A stretch of 64,000 nucleotides of DNA from Planctomycetota bacterium (GTDB lineage Bacteria > Planctomycetota > SZUA-567 > H5-PLA8): the NCBI GenBank assembly GCA_045863855.1, contig BTVV01000004.1:32001-96000 (forward strand), written 5' to 3'. Each line of letters begins with the position of its first letter. The stretch's first letter is position 1. Both the position numbers and the translations under genes were made by a program. Below the pieces are notes generated by a model. That model saw only the letters and a list, made by a program, of their open reading frames with translations. It ran no database searches and was not told the origin of the DNA. Positions 50,296 through 58,646 of this stretch are shown in pieces.

Positions 50296-52079
50296 TCGCC
50301 TCCGCGTCCGCTTACCGCGCTCCCGAGTTCGAAACGCTCATGGCGCGCTTCTTCGACGGCGTGCTCACCGAGGCGGAAGACCGCGCGTTTTCGGAACTGT
50401 TGGCGGCCAGCCCAGAGCGCGCGAAGCGTTTTCTGGAGCAAGTGCGCATGGAACGCGCACTGGGCGGCGCCGTGGAAAGCCGAATCGAAAGCGACGCGTT
50501 CGTGGCTGCGGTCATGCGCGGCGTAAAATTGGCGCAAGACGGTTCCGATACGGAGCGTTTCGCGCGCATCGTCGCGAAGCAGGCGCGAGGCGTTTCCCAG
50601 CGCCGGATGGCGTCGCGGCGTTCGCGAGCCAGCCTTCGCGCGCGGCGCGCCGAAGCGGCTCCGGGAGCGGCCTTGTGGCTGCCGGTGCTGGGAGCTGCCG
50701 CTCTAGTGAGCTTAGTGATCCTGCTAGGTGGCTCACCGGAAAGCGACCGCTCTCGTACGGGAGTAGCAAAGGCCCCGGGAACCGCTGAATCCCCTGACCG
50801 CTTCCGTCCCTCCCGGTACGATTACGCAATACCAGTCCCCGATTCCGAACCTTCGCTGCCCAGCGAGTTCGAGTCCCCGACAGAACAACCCGCCCCCCCA
50901 TTCGAGCCGGATGCGCTCGTCCAGACGGACACGGAACCCGGTGAGCCGGTTGAGGCCGAATCGAAGCCCGCTCTCGTGGACCGCCCTGATGCGCCTGAGG
51001 CGATTCCTGTACGCGAACCAGGCCGCCTGATGGCCCGCGTCCAGCGCTTGGTCGGCGTCCGGGCGAAGTTACGCGCCGCGGATGGCGAGCGCGATCTCGT
51101 TGAGCGACAAGCGTTGTCCTCGGGCGAAACCCTCATCCTGAAATTGGATGCCGGCGCGACACCCGCCGATGGGCAATCCGGCGCGGAACTCGCGCTCGAA
51201 GACGGTACGACAATCTGGTTGAATCCCGATTCGGCGCTGCGTTTCGACGCGCAAGGCGTCGCAGTGCTGGAGGCGGGCTCGCTGGCCTTCCGTGTGGCCG
51301 GTCCGGCACAGGCGGAGGCCTGGAAGCTGCGGGTCGATTCAGGCCCGCAAGTCGCGGCGAAGAGTGCCGCGGCTCGTGTTCGGCGCGACGCAGCCAATCG
51401 GCGTGTGGTTGTGTTGGTAGACGAAGGCCGCGCGGAAATTTCGAACTTGGGCGCAAGGGAAGTGGTCGTCGCCAACCACGGCTGCGTCTCGCCTTTCCAA
51501 TCCACGCCCGGCAGCCCGTATCTCTTCCAAACCTTGAAAGGCAGCGGAATCGTTACGCAGCCGCCTCCCAGTGCCATGGAATCCGGCGGAGGCGCCCGAG
51601 AAAGCTCTACCGGCGAAACCGCGGGTGCGGTTCCGGCGCCAGAAAGCTCGGGAACGGGTTCTGAGGGCAGCGGTGCAGGCACAGGTCCGAACCCGGGCAA
51701 GACCAGCGGGAACGGCGCCGGCGCCGGAAAGACCGGGGGTAGCGGCAACACCAATCCCCCGGGCGCAGGCAACGGCAGCGGTTCAGGTGCGAGCAAAACG
51801 GGCGGCTCAGGAAACGGTACTCCTCCCGGTGCAGGCGGCAGCGGAGCGGGCAGCGGTACGGGCGCCGGATCCGGAAACGGTTCCGGACGCGGGCCAAGTG
51901 GCGGAACGCCCCCGGGCGCGGGAAGCGGCCGCACGGGCGCCGGTTCCGGAACTGGCGGAACGGGACGCGGCAGCGGCGCAGGCTCGGGCGGCGGCGGATC
52001 GGGCAGCGGTCGCGGCTCTGGCAGCCCGCCTCCCAAGAGCGGCGGACCTAAAGCGGGCAAAGGCGGCGGCATTAAATAA
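50292..52079 (+). CDS. Anti-sigma/FecR-like membrane protein with Gly/Ser-rich C-terminal tail
   Basis: ATGA overlap with the sigma gene; N-terminal anti-sigma-like helices, one TM, FecR-like ELALEDGTTIWLNPDSALRF...LEAGSL...VLVDEGRAEI, low-complexity tail. Confidence 0.8.
   Translation: MIASASAYRAPEFETLMARFFDGVLTEAEDRAFSELLAASPERAKRFLEQVRMERALGGAVESRIESDAFVAAVMRGVKLAQDGSDTERFARIVAKQARGVSQRRMASRRSRASLRARRAEAAPGAALWLPVLGAAALVSLVILLGGSPESDRSRTGVAKAPGTAESPDRFRPSRYDYAIPVPDSEPSLPSEFESPTEQPAPPFEPDALVQTDTEPGEPVEAESKPALVDRPDAPEAIPVREPGRLMARVQRLVGVRAKLRAADGERDLVERQALSSGETLILKLDAGATPADGQSGAELALEDGTTIWLNPDSALRFDAQGVAVLEAGSLAFRVAGPAQAEAWKLRVDSGPQVAAKSAAARVRRDAANRRVVVLVDEGRAEISNLGAREVVVANHGCVSPFQSTPGSPYLFQTLKGSGIVTQPPPSAMESGGGARESSTGETAGAVPAPESSGTGSEGSGAGTGPNPGKTSGNGAGAGKTGGSGNTNPPGAGNGSGSGASKTGGSGNGTPPGAGGSGAGSGTGAGSGNGSGRGPSGGTPPGAGSGRTGAGSGTGGTGRGSGAGSGGGGSGSGRGSGSPPPKSGGPKAGKGGGIK
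51580..52076 (+). repeat. Low-complexity Gly/Ser coding repeats (KTGGSG and PPGAG units)
   Basis: Translation shows three PPGAG and three KT(S/G)G units among GSG runs. Confidence 0.75.
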
Positions 52080-52105
52080 AAACAGCCACCCGCTGAGGTG
52101 GCTGT
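52074..52105 (-). terminator. Rho-independent terminator downstream of tRNA-Asp
   Basis: On the minus strand ACAGCCACC-TCAGCG-GGTGGCTGT is followed by TTTTATTT; it also lies just after the FecR-like stop. Confidence 0.8.
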
Positions 52106-52168
52106 CATGCCTGCGTATCGAATCCTACCGGCCCATCTATCCGACTCGGTTGCAGGGTCCCACAAATT

Positions 52169-52245
52169 TGGCGGGCCCGACGGGACTCGAACCCGCAACC
52201 CTCGGATCGACAGTCCGATACTCTAACCAATTGAGCTACGGGCCC
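52169..52245 (-). tRNA. trnD: tRNA-Asp(GTC), 77 nt with encoded CCA
   Basis: Reverse complement GGGCCCGTAGCTCAATTGGTTAGAGTATCGGACTGTCGATCCGAGGGTTGCGGGTTCGAGTCCCGTCGGGCCCGCCA folds as a cloverleaf; anticodon GTC, discriminator G. Confidence 0.97.
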
Positions 52246-52304
52246 GCTTGTTTGCCGTGCTCATCCTGGACCAGCTGCTCTAGGCGGCCCTTCCAGGGAG
52301 CGCT

Positions 52305-52332
52305 TTTCTACAGCAAGGCCGCAGGCTTGCAA
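52305..52332 (-). promoter_or_regulatory. Candidate sigma70 promoter for tRNA-Asp
   Basis: TTGCAA-N16-TAGAAA on the minus strand about 60 nt upstream of the tRNA. Confidence 0.35.
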
Positions 52333-52455
52333 GTGCCGGTTCGAGACTGAAAATGCGGCTTGCCGCGTATGCGGCCAGAGGCCCGGCCGACCTGCGATAA
52401 CTCAATGCCGGCCACCGGCTTGACCGCCTGCGGCGGGGACGTACCATGAAGCGGC

Positions 52456-52758
52456 ATGGAGGCTGATCGAGAAGGAGCGGCCGTGGCGAAGACGGTGGAT
52501 TGGCCGGCCCCAGGTGCAGCGCCTGCCAGGAGCAGCGGCTGCGTCAAGGCCGGCGAATTGGCGCGCCGGACGGGTCTGACCCGCCAGGCGTTGCACCTGT
52601 ACGTCCAAATGGGCCTCTTGCGTCCCTCGGAACTCACCAAAGGCGGGCAGCGCCTCTTCGGCGAAGAAGCCGTCGCGCGCGTCCAGTTGATCCGGAAGCT
52701 CTGCGCGAGCGGGTACACGCTGCGGGACATCCGCGAGATTTTCCTGAAGGATCGCTGA
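52456..52758 (+). CDS. MerR-family HTH regulator (short, no effector domain)
   Basis: KAGELARRTGLTRQALHLYVQMGLLRP...GGQRLF...LIRKL...GYTLRDIREIF; start uncertain. Confidence 0.85.
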   Translation: MEADREGAAVAKTVDWPAPGAAPARSSGCVKAGELARRTGLTRQALHLYVQMGLLRPSELTKGGQRLFGEEAVARVQLIRKLCASGYTLRDIREIFLKDR

Positions 52759-52760
52759 AC

Positions 52761-53480
52761 GTGAGGCGCGCCCAATTCCCGGTCCGCCGCGGGCTGGCCG
52801 CATGGGCGAGCCTGCTGCTGACCGCGGCGCTGAGCGCGCAGGAAAGCCCGGAACGCCTGCCCAGCCTTACGGCCACCGAGCGCGGCGACTTGCAGCAATG
52901 CCTGGCCGCGCTGGCCGAAGCCTTCCAGGCAGGCAACGCGGAGGCGGCGCTGAAGACGTTCGCGCCTCGGCACGACACGGATTTGGAACGCCAGGAGCGC
53001 ATCCGCAAAACCTTGGAGCGCGAGTTCGCGGCGTGCCGCTATTTGAGTCTCGAATTTCTGGATCAACCCGTGGTGGAAGATTGCCCGAACGAAGCGACCT
53101 GGATCGTCTGGGTGCGCATGCGGATCGGCTACGAAGACCGGAACACAAAGTTGACGCACACGTACCACCACAACGACACCTTCATCGTCACGCGCCTGGA
53201 AGACGGGCGCTTCCGGCTGGCCGATTCGCCCTGGTTCGACACGCTCGGCAAGCGGCAGCGCCTGGGGCTCCTGGGCGATGTGGCGCTTTTGGCGATCGGG
53301 ATGCTGGCGGCGCTCGCTTTTTGGGTCTGGATGGGCTTCGAGGCGCATTGGCTGCGCCCGCGCAGCCATGCCTGGCGCCTGATTGTCGTCCTGCTGCCGC
53401 TGCTGGGTGCGATCGCGTTCTTCGCGGCAAAGTACGTGCCCGAATGGCAGCGCCGCAGACAATTGGGCATCGCAACGTAG
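52761..53480 (+). CDS. Exported NTF2/SnoaL-like domain protein with a C-terminal TM hairpin (239 aa)
   Basis: GTG start 2 nt after the merR stop; signal peptide; LAEAFQAGNAEAALKTFAP...FIVTRLEDGRFRL; C-terminal WRLIVVLLPLLGAIAFF. Confidence 0.65.
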   Translation: MRRAQFPVRRGLAAWASLLLTAALSAQESPERLPSLTATERGDLQQCLAALAEAFQAGNAEAALKTFAPRHDTDLERQERIRKTLEREFAACRYLSLEFLDQPVVEDCPNEATWIVWVRMRIGYEDRNTKLTHTYHHNDTFIVTRLEDGRFRLADSPWFDTLGKRQRLGLLGDVALLAIGMLAALAFWVWMGFEAHWLRPRSHAWRLIVVLLPLLGAIAFFAAKYVPEWQRRRQLGIAT

Positions 53481-53490
53481 AGGGTACGCC

Positions 53491-54405
53491 ATGGGCCGCC
53501 GGGAGGAGTTTCGCGAAGCGATGGCCGTCGGGCGCATCCTGCTGGCCGACGGCGCGTGGGGCACCGAACTCCAGAAGCTCGGACTCGACACCGGCGATTG
53601 CCCCGAAGCCTGGAACGTCGACCGGCCGGACGAGATCCGCAAGCTCACGCGCGCTTACGCCGAAGCCGGCGCCGACCTGCTCATGACCAACACCTTCGGC
53701 GGAAACCGCTTCCGCTTGCGCGCGCTCGAACACCACGGCAAGGTTGAGGCGTACAATCGCGCCGGAGCGGCGATCGCGCGCGAAGTCGCCGACGCGCACG
53801 GAAAGTGGGTCGCGGCAAGCGTCGGGCCCACGGGCGAGTTGATCGAACCGCGCGGACTGGCCAGCCGCCGTCAGATGTACGAGGCCTTTCGCGAGCAGCT
53901 CGAAGCGCTGAAAGCCGGCGGCGTCGATGCGGTCATGGTCGAGACGATGTCCGACCCCGATGAGATGCGCGTGGCGGCACAGGCGGCGAAGGATCTCGAA
54001 CTCTACTGCTTCGCCACGATGACCTTCAATCCCGGGCCGGACGGTTACCGGACGTACACGGGCGTGACCGTCGCCGAGGCCGCTCAGGCGCTGAACGAAA
54101 GCGCCGCCGACGCCGCGGGCACCAACTGCGGCACAGGTCTGGCCGACATGCTTCATGTGGTCCGGCAAATGCGGCCGCTGACCCACAAGCCGCTGCTGGT
54201 GCAAGCCAACGCCGGACTGCCGCAGACCGTGAACGGGAAACTGGTCTACGGCGATACGCCCGCGCATATGGCGGCGCTTTTGCCCGACCTGATCGCGGCC
54301 GGCGCGCAGGTCGTCGGCGGCTGCTGCGGCACGACGCCCGAACACGTCAAAGCCTTCCGCGCCGTGGCGGATGCCCTGAACGCCAAGCGCGGTCCCGCCG
54401 CATGA
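53491..54405 (+). CDS. Stand-alone homocysteine S-methyltransferase domain protein (MetH N-terminal module-like, 304 aa)
   Basis: LLADGAWGTEL, AGADLLMTNTFG, ASVGPTG, VETMSD, GTNCG and GGCCGTTPEH (three Zn Cys), QANAGLP. Confidence 0.92.
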   Translation: MGRREEFREAMAVGRILLADGAWGTELQKLGLDTGDCPEAWNVDRPDEIRKLTRAYAEAGADLLMTNTFGGNRFRLRALEHHGKVEAYNRAGAAIAREVADAHGKWVAASVGPTGELIEPRGLASRRQMYEAFREQLEALKAGGVDAVMVETMSDPDEMRVAAQAAKDLELYCFATMTFNPGPDGYRTYTGVTVAEAAQALNESAADAAGTNCGTGLADMLHVVRQMRPLTHKPLLVQANAGLPQTVNGKLVYGDTPAHMAALLPDLIAAGAQVVGGCCGTTPEHVKAFRAVADALNAKRGPAA

Positions 54406-55673
54406 GCGCCCCGCGCAGCCACGCCACGCTCGCCATTGTCAGCATGCTGCACGGTGCCACTCACCTGCATTGGGTGCTTCTGCAGCCGCTCAATCCCGAG
54501 ATCATGACTTACTTCGGGCTTACGCAGGATAAGCAGATCGGGCTCCTGCACACCGTCTTCCTCATCCTGTACGCGGCCAGCAATCTGGTCGCGGGCATCC
54601 TCGCTTCCCGCTTTGCCCCGCGCGGGATGCTGGCCGGCGGCCCGCTCTTGCAAGGCGCGTGCATGGCGGCGATGTCGCTGCTCGGCCCCGGCGATTTCGG
54701 CTGGCTCATCGCGCTGCACGGACTCGGCGCCGCGGCGGGCGGCTTGTATCACCCGCTGGCGAACTTGTTGCTAACGACCACGTATCCGCACGAAAAAGGC
54801 CAGGCGCTCGGCATCGCGGGCATCGGCGCTTCGGTCGCGTTCGTGGCGGCTCCTTGGAGCGCCTCCGCGCTGGTTCACCACGCCGGCTGGCATTGGCAGC
54901 AAGTCGCCTTCGCTTCCGGCTGCGTGGGGATGCTCTGCGGCGCCATCGCGTGGATCGGACTTCCGGCGCGTTCCTGCGACCACGAGGAAGGCCTGGTCCC
55001 GCTGCGGCCGCTCGATGCCGCGGGAGCCAGCATGCGCCCGTTGTGGCTCTTCGTCGCGCTGGTGGTGGTCGTGATGGCCGGACGCGAGATGGGCAGTTGG
55101 GGCACCACGGCCAGCACGCGGCAGTTCCTCGACAAGACCTTCGGCGCGCAAGCGCCCGATGCCGGCTTGCTGCTGGCGTTGCTTTTCCTGCCCGGACTGA
55201 TCATCCAGCCGGTGGTGGGCAAATTGAGCGACCGGATGCACCGCGAACTGGTCCTGGGCGTCACCATGCTGGTCATGGCCGGCGCGCTGGTGCTGATGTC
55301 GCGCGTACCTCCGGGCTGGCTGTGGCTGCCTTACATGCTCTTGGGCGCGGCGATGCAGGCCAACGTGCCGACGCTGGAAGCACTGGTGGCCGACCGTGCG
55401 CCGCTGCGGCTGCGCGGGCTGGTCTTCGGCGTGATGATCACCAGCGGCATCGCGATCGGATCGGGCGGCCCGATCCTGGCTGGCGCACTGGCCGATGCCG
55501 GCGGGCGCCGGCCCGAAGCGTACGCGCAAGTCTTCGGTCTATTGGCGGCCCTTTGCGCCGCCTCGGCCGTGATGTGCGCGGCGCTGCGCCCGGCCGCACG
55601 GGCGTTGGGACTCCTATCCGTTCCACCGCCTCCAGAAGCCGTGCCTGCGGTGCGCGGCGGCGCCGGGGATTAA
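54402..55673 (+). CDS. MFS transporter
   Basis: About 12 hydrophobic segments, GILASRFAPR / GKLSDRMHRE loop motifs, GLYHP; ATGA overlap. Confidence 0.9.
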   Translation: MSAPRSHATLAIVSMLHGATHLHWVLLQPLNPEIMTYFGLTQDKQIGLLHTVFLILYAASNLVAGILASRFAPRGMLAGGPLLQGACMAAMSLLGPGDFGWLIALHGLGAAAGGLYHPLANLLLTTTYPHEKGQALGIAGIGASVAFVAAPWSASALVHHAGWHWQQVAFASGCVGMLCGAIAWIGLPARSCDHEEGLVPLRPLDAAGASMRPLWLFVALVVVVMAGREMGSWGTTASTRQFLDKTFGAQAPDAGLLLALLFLPGLIIQPVVGKLSDRMHRELVLGVTMLVMAGALVLMSRVPPGWLWLPYMLLGAAMQANVPTLEALVADRAPLRLRGLVFGVMITSGIAIGSGGPILAGALADAGGRRPEAYAQVFGLLAALCAASAVMCAALRPAARALGLLSVPPPPEAVPAVRGGAGD

Positions 55674-55690
55674 AGCACTCGAGGACCGGG

Positions 55691-55894
55691 ATGGGTTATA
55701 CACTCGGTATCTGGACGCAAGCCGGAGATCCCGAACTCACGGTGATCGCGCAAGCGATGCCCGCCGCGGTCTTCGGCCTGCGTGCGCCGGTGGCGACGCT
55801 GGAGCACCTGCAGTTGCTGTATCTGTATTCGACTCAACCTCGACATTGGGGCGATTTCGCCTCGGTCGTGCAATCCGGCCGAGCCGAACTTTAG
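55691..55894 (+). CDS. Small hypothetical protein (67 aa)
   Basis: GAGGA RBS then MGYTLGIWTQAGDPELTVIAQ...SGRAEL; fills the gap after the MFS gene; no recognisable family. Confidence 0.45.
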   Translation: MGYTLGIWTQAGDPELTVIAQAMPAAVFGLRAPVATLEHLQLLYLYSTQPRHWGDFASVVQSGRAEL

Positions 55895-56072
55895 GCGGCT
55901 GAACGACTCCTGCGCGGCATGCACGCCGAATGCTGGGGCGCTGGCGCAAGCGGGTGAAGGAAACTCAATCGCCGCCGCCGGCCCCCGCACGCCCTAAACC
56001 CCGTGCGCGCCGTCGCCCCTGATCTTGCCGCGTTTCGCGGAAAGCGATACACCCCTCGTTACCATGGCACGC

Positions 56073-56597
56073 ATGAACGCCGCCAAGACCCCGCCGCCCG
56101 AGCCCGCGCCTTCGGGGCGCTTCACCGTCTATTTCGCCGCGCCGCTTTTCACGCTGCTCGAACGCCGTGCCAACCGCGCGCTCGCGAAGGCCATCATGCG
56201 CGAATGCCCCCAAGCGAAGATCGTGCTGCCCCAGGACTTCAAACACGAAGGCAAGTTCAATGACGCGCAGGCCTACGGGATCATTTTCCGCGACTGCGTA
56301 GGCGGGATCGACGCAGCAGACGCGATGATCGCGTGGCTCGACGGCCCCGACGCCGACAGCGGGACGGCCTTCGAGGTCGGCTACGCGTTCGCCAAAAGCA
56401 TCCCGGTCGTAGGAGTGCGCACCGATTTCCGGCAGAACCAGGAACTGGGCCTGAACATCATGCTCTCCCGGGCCTGCGCGGCCTTCGTGTACCGGCCCAG
56501 CTTCGCGGAAGATGTGGAAGGCTTGGCGCGGGATATCGCCCGGGCGCTCAAGAAAGTCGTCCGGCCACGCGCGCCCGAAAAGAAAGGCAACGCATGA
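56073..56597 (+). CDS. Nucleoside 2-deoxyribosyltransferase family protein
   Basis: VYFAAPLFT, LPQD, IFRDC..GID.AD, DGPDADSGTAFEVGYA, NIML; start could be 56064. Confidence 0.88.
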   Translation: MNAAKTPPPEPAPSGRFTVYFAAPLFTLLERRANRALAKAIMRECPQAKIVLPQDFKHEGKFNDAQAYGIIFRDCVGGIDAADAMIAWLDGPDADSGTAFEVGYAFAKSIPVVGVRTDFRQNQELGLNIMLSRACAAFVYRPSFAEDVEGLARDIARALKKVVRPRAPEKKGNA

Positions 56598-56995
56598 GCA
56601 CCAAAAAGATTTACCTCTGCGGCCCGATCATGGACGCCGCGAACAAAGAGCAGAAGGACTGGCGCACGCGCAGCAAAGAACGGCTCGCCGGGCGCTTTAT
56701 CCTGCTCGACCCGATGCGCCGGAACTTCCGCGACAACGAACTCGACAGCGCCAACGAGATCGTCGAATTCGATCTCGCCGACGTGCGCGAAGCGGACATC
56801 ATTCTGGTCAACTACAGCAAGGCCAGCGTCGGAACCTCGATGGAAGTCTTTTACGCTAGCCACGATCTGGGCAAGTTCGTGATCGGCTTCTCGCCGTTCG
56901 ACTTCAAGGACTGCTCGCCGTGGATGGCTCGCTTCTGCACGAAAATCCTGCCGAACTTGGAAGGGGCGCTGGAGTATATCGAGCGGCATTTCTAG
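56594..56995 (+). CDS. Second nucleoside 2-deoxyribosyltransferase/Rcl-like N-glycosidase (133 aa)
   Basis: ATGA overlap; KIYLCGPI, DPMRR, IVEFDLADVREADIILVN, SVGTSMEVFYA, SPW. Confidence 0.82.
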   Translation: MSTKKIYLCGPIMDAANKEQKDWRTRSKERLAGRFILLDPMRRNFRDNELDSANEIVEFDLADVREADIILVNYSKASVGTSMEVFYASHDLGKFVIGFSPFDFKDCSPWMARFCTKILPNLEGALEYIERHF

Positions 56996-57000
56996 GGCTT

Positions 57001-57036
57001 TTCACCACGGAGAGCACAGAGACTGCAGAGAACGGC
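57001..57036 (+). repeat. Left arm of a 36-bp imperfect inverted repeat
   Basis: TTCACCACGGAGAGCACAGAGACTGCAGAGAACGGC; 27/36 identical to the reverse complement of 57604-57639. Confidence 0.85.
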
Positions 57037-57053
57037 GCATGCTTGGGAACGGC

Positions 57054-57593
57054 TCAGGCGCCGTAGCGCGCGATGCGAAAGGGCCAGTATTGTTCTTCGG
57101 CAATCGCTACGACTTCGGCAAAAATTGGATCTTTAATTAGCTTAGCTACCTGGCAAACTTCGACATCTTTTGTGTAGCCGGACTCCTCAAGAATGTTTAG
57201 GTGGCTGTAAAATTGTTCGCAGTTCCAGGACGAACAGGAGGAGTCTGTAACTTGGCCTGCTTCTTTTAAAAACTGAGCCCACGACCACTCGCCCCTTTTG
57301 TATCTCAGAAACTGGCAACCGACGTGAAAGTTATGATACTTCTGAAATCCAGTGTTCAAATCGGTATTGGAAATTAAGTAGCCTTGCACTGTGTTCACCA
57401 AGTCATCTTGATGCGTACGGCTTGCCAAATCACAGATCCACGCCGGTGGAGCCTCCACCGTCGCGATCAGCGCGTCGGCCCAGGGTTCGGTGAAGCGATA
57501 ATCAATCAGCCTGGATTCCAGCATCTTAAGGATGTAACAGACTTCCTCATCGCTGGGCCAACGGGGAATATGCATAGGGCGAACCTTACTCAC
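57054..57593 (-). CDS. Low-GC orphan protein (179 aa) inside the inverted repeats
   Basis: Intact ORF filling the space between the repeat arms; AT-richer than its neighbours; helical, immunity-protein-like appearance (WADALIA..EAPPAWICDLA); start GTG 57593 or ATG 57575. Confidence 0.75.
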   Translation of the reverse strand: MSKVRPMHIPRWPSDEEVCYILKMLESRLIDYRFTEPWADALIATVEAPPAWICDLASRTHQDDLVNTVQGYLISNTDLNTGFQKYHNFHVGCQFLRYKRGEWSWAQFLKEAGQVTDSSCSSWNCEQFYSHLNILEESGYTKDVEVCQVAKLIKDPIFAEVVAIAEEQYWPFRIARYGA

Positions 57594-57603
57594 CCAAGAA
57601 TCT

Positions 57604-57639
57604 GCCTTTCTCGGTGCGCTCTGTGACCTCCCTGGTGAA
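57604..57639 (-). repeat. Right arm of the 36-bp imperfect inverted repeat
   Basis: Reverse complement TTCACCAGGGAGGTCACAGAGCGCACCGAGAAAGGC. Confidence 0.85.
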
Positions 57640-57644
57640 CAACC

Positions 57645-58646
57645 CTAACCCTTAACCGGCGTCACCCAGGTACCTTCCTTCGACGCACGGTAGCAGGCTT
57701 CCATGGCGGCGTTACGAGCGGCGGCTTCGCGAACGCCCACGAGCGACACGTCTTTCCCGTGCAGCGCATCCAGGTACAACTCGAACGCGTGCGGCCATGC
57801 CTCGGGGAGTTTCGTCCACGGCTCTTTCCCGTCCGCGCCCTCGACCTTGGTGCTCTTGAAAAAGAGCTGACCGTTGTGGATGTGCGCGTGGCCCTCCGTG
57901 CCGCTGATCAAAAGCGGAACGGGGTTGGCGTGATCGACCCAGCCGGCGGCGAGCGTCGCGACGAGGCCGCCGGGAAAGCGCAGCAGCGCTTCGCCGTATT
58001 CGTCGCAGTCGCCGTAGCGCCCGGTGGCGACTCCGATGTGTGCGGCGACCGACTCCGGTTCGCCCAAGAGCCACATCAACAGGTCAAGGCTGTGCGTGCC
58101 CAAGTCCCCGAACGCGCCGCAGCCGGCGATCTTCGGATCGGCCATCCAGCGCCATTCCGTATCGAACCAGCCGCCCAGCGAGCCGGTGTGGCAGTTGCTC
58201 CCCCGAGCGCGGGTGATCTTCCCAAACGCGCCGGCTTTGAGTTGCTCGCGGATGAACAGATGCTGCGCGTGCCCGCGGTTGAAGTACCCGGTCTGAAAGA
58301 TCACGCCCGCGTCTTCGATGGCCTTGGCCATCCGGAACGCATCGGCCGCCGCGAAGCCCAGGGGCTTTTCCACGAATAGGTGCTTCTTGGCCTTGGCCGC
58401 GGCCACGACCAATTCCTCGTGCCGGTTGGTCTCGCTGCAGACGACCACCCCGCGAATGTTCACGTCGGCAAGAATCGCGCTCAAATCGGCAACGACCGGA
58501 GCGTTCAGGTCCTTCGCGCGGCGCTGGGCGGTATCGGCGTTGGGATCCCAGACGGCCGCGACCTTCACGTCGGTCCGGGCGTTCAAGCGTTTCACGAAAC
58601 CGGGCGTATGGATGTGCGTCCCGCCCACGAGCGCTACCTGGATCAT
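57645..58646 (-). CDS. Gfo/Idh/MocA family oxidoreductase
   Basis: VALVGG Rossmann start, VVVCSETNRH, HLFVEKPL, GAFGDLGTHSLD. Confidence 0.93.
   Translation of the reverse strand: MIQVALVGGTHIHTPGFVKRLNARTDVKVAAVWDPNADTAQRRAKDLNAPVVADLSAILADVNIRGVVVCSETNRHEELVVAAAKAKKHLFVEKPLGFAAADAFRMAKAIEDAGVIFQTGYFNRGHAQHLFIREQLKAGAFGKITRARGSNCHTGSLGGWFDTEWRWMADPKIAGCGAFGDLGTHSLDLLMWLLGEPESVAAHIGVATGRYGDCDEYGEALLRFPGGLVATLAAGWVDHANPVPLLISGTEGHAHIHNGQLFFKSTKVEGADGKEPWTKLPEAWPHAFELYLDALHGKDVSLVGVREAAARNAAMEACYRASKEGTWVTPVKG

Noticed and set aside
50864..50885. GTTCGAGTCCC T-loop-like sequence inside the FecR-like gene
   Set aside because: Short match within coding sequence (EFESP), with no surrounding tRNA structure.
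50822..52198. 458-aa Pro-rich ORF on the minus strand starting inside the tRNA
   Set aside because: Mirror image of the Gly-rich tail of the FecR-like gene; it crosses the tRNA and its terminator.
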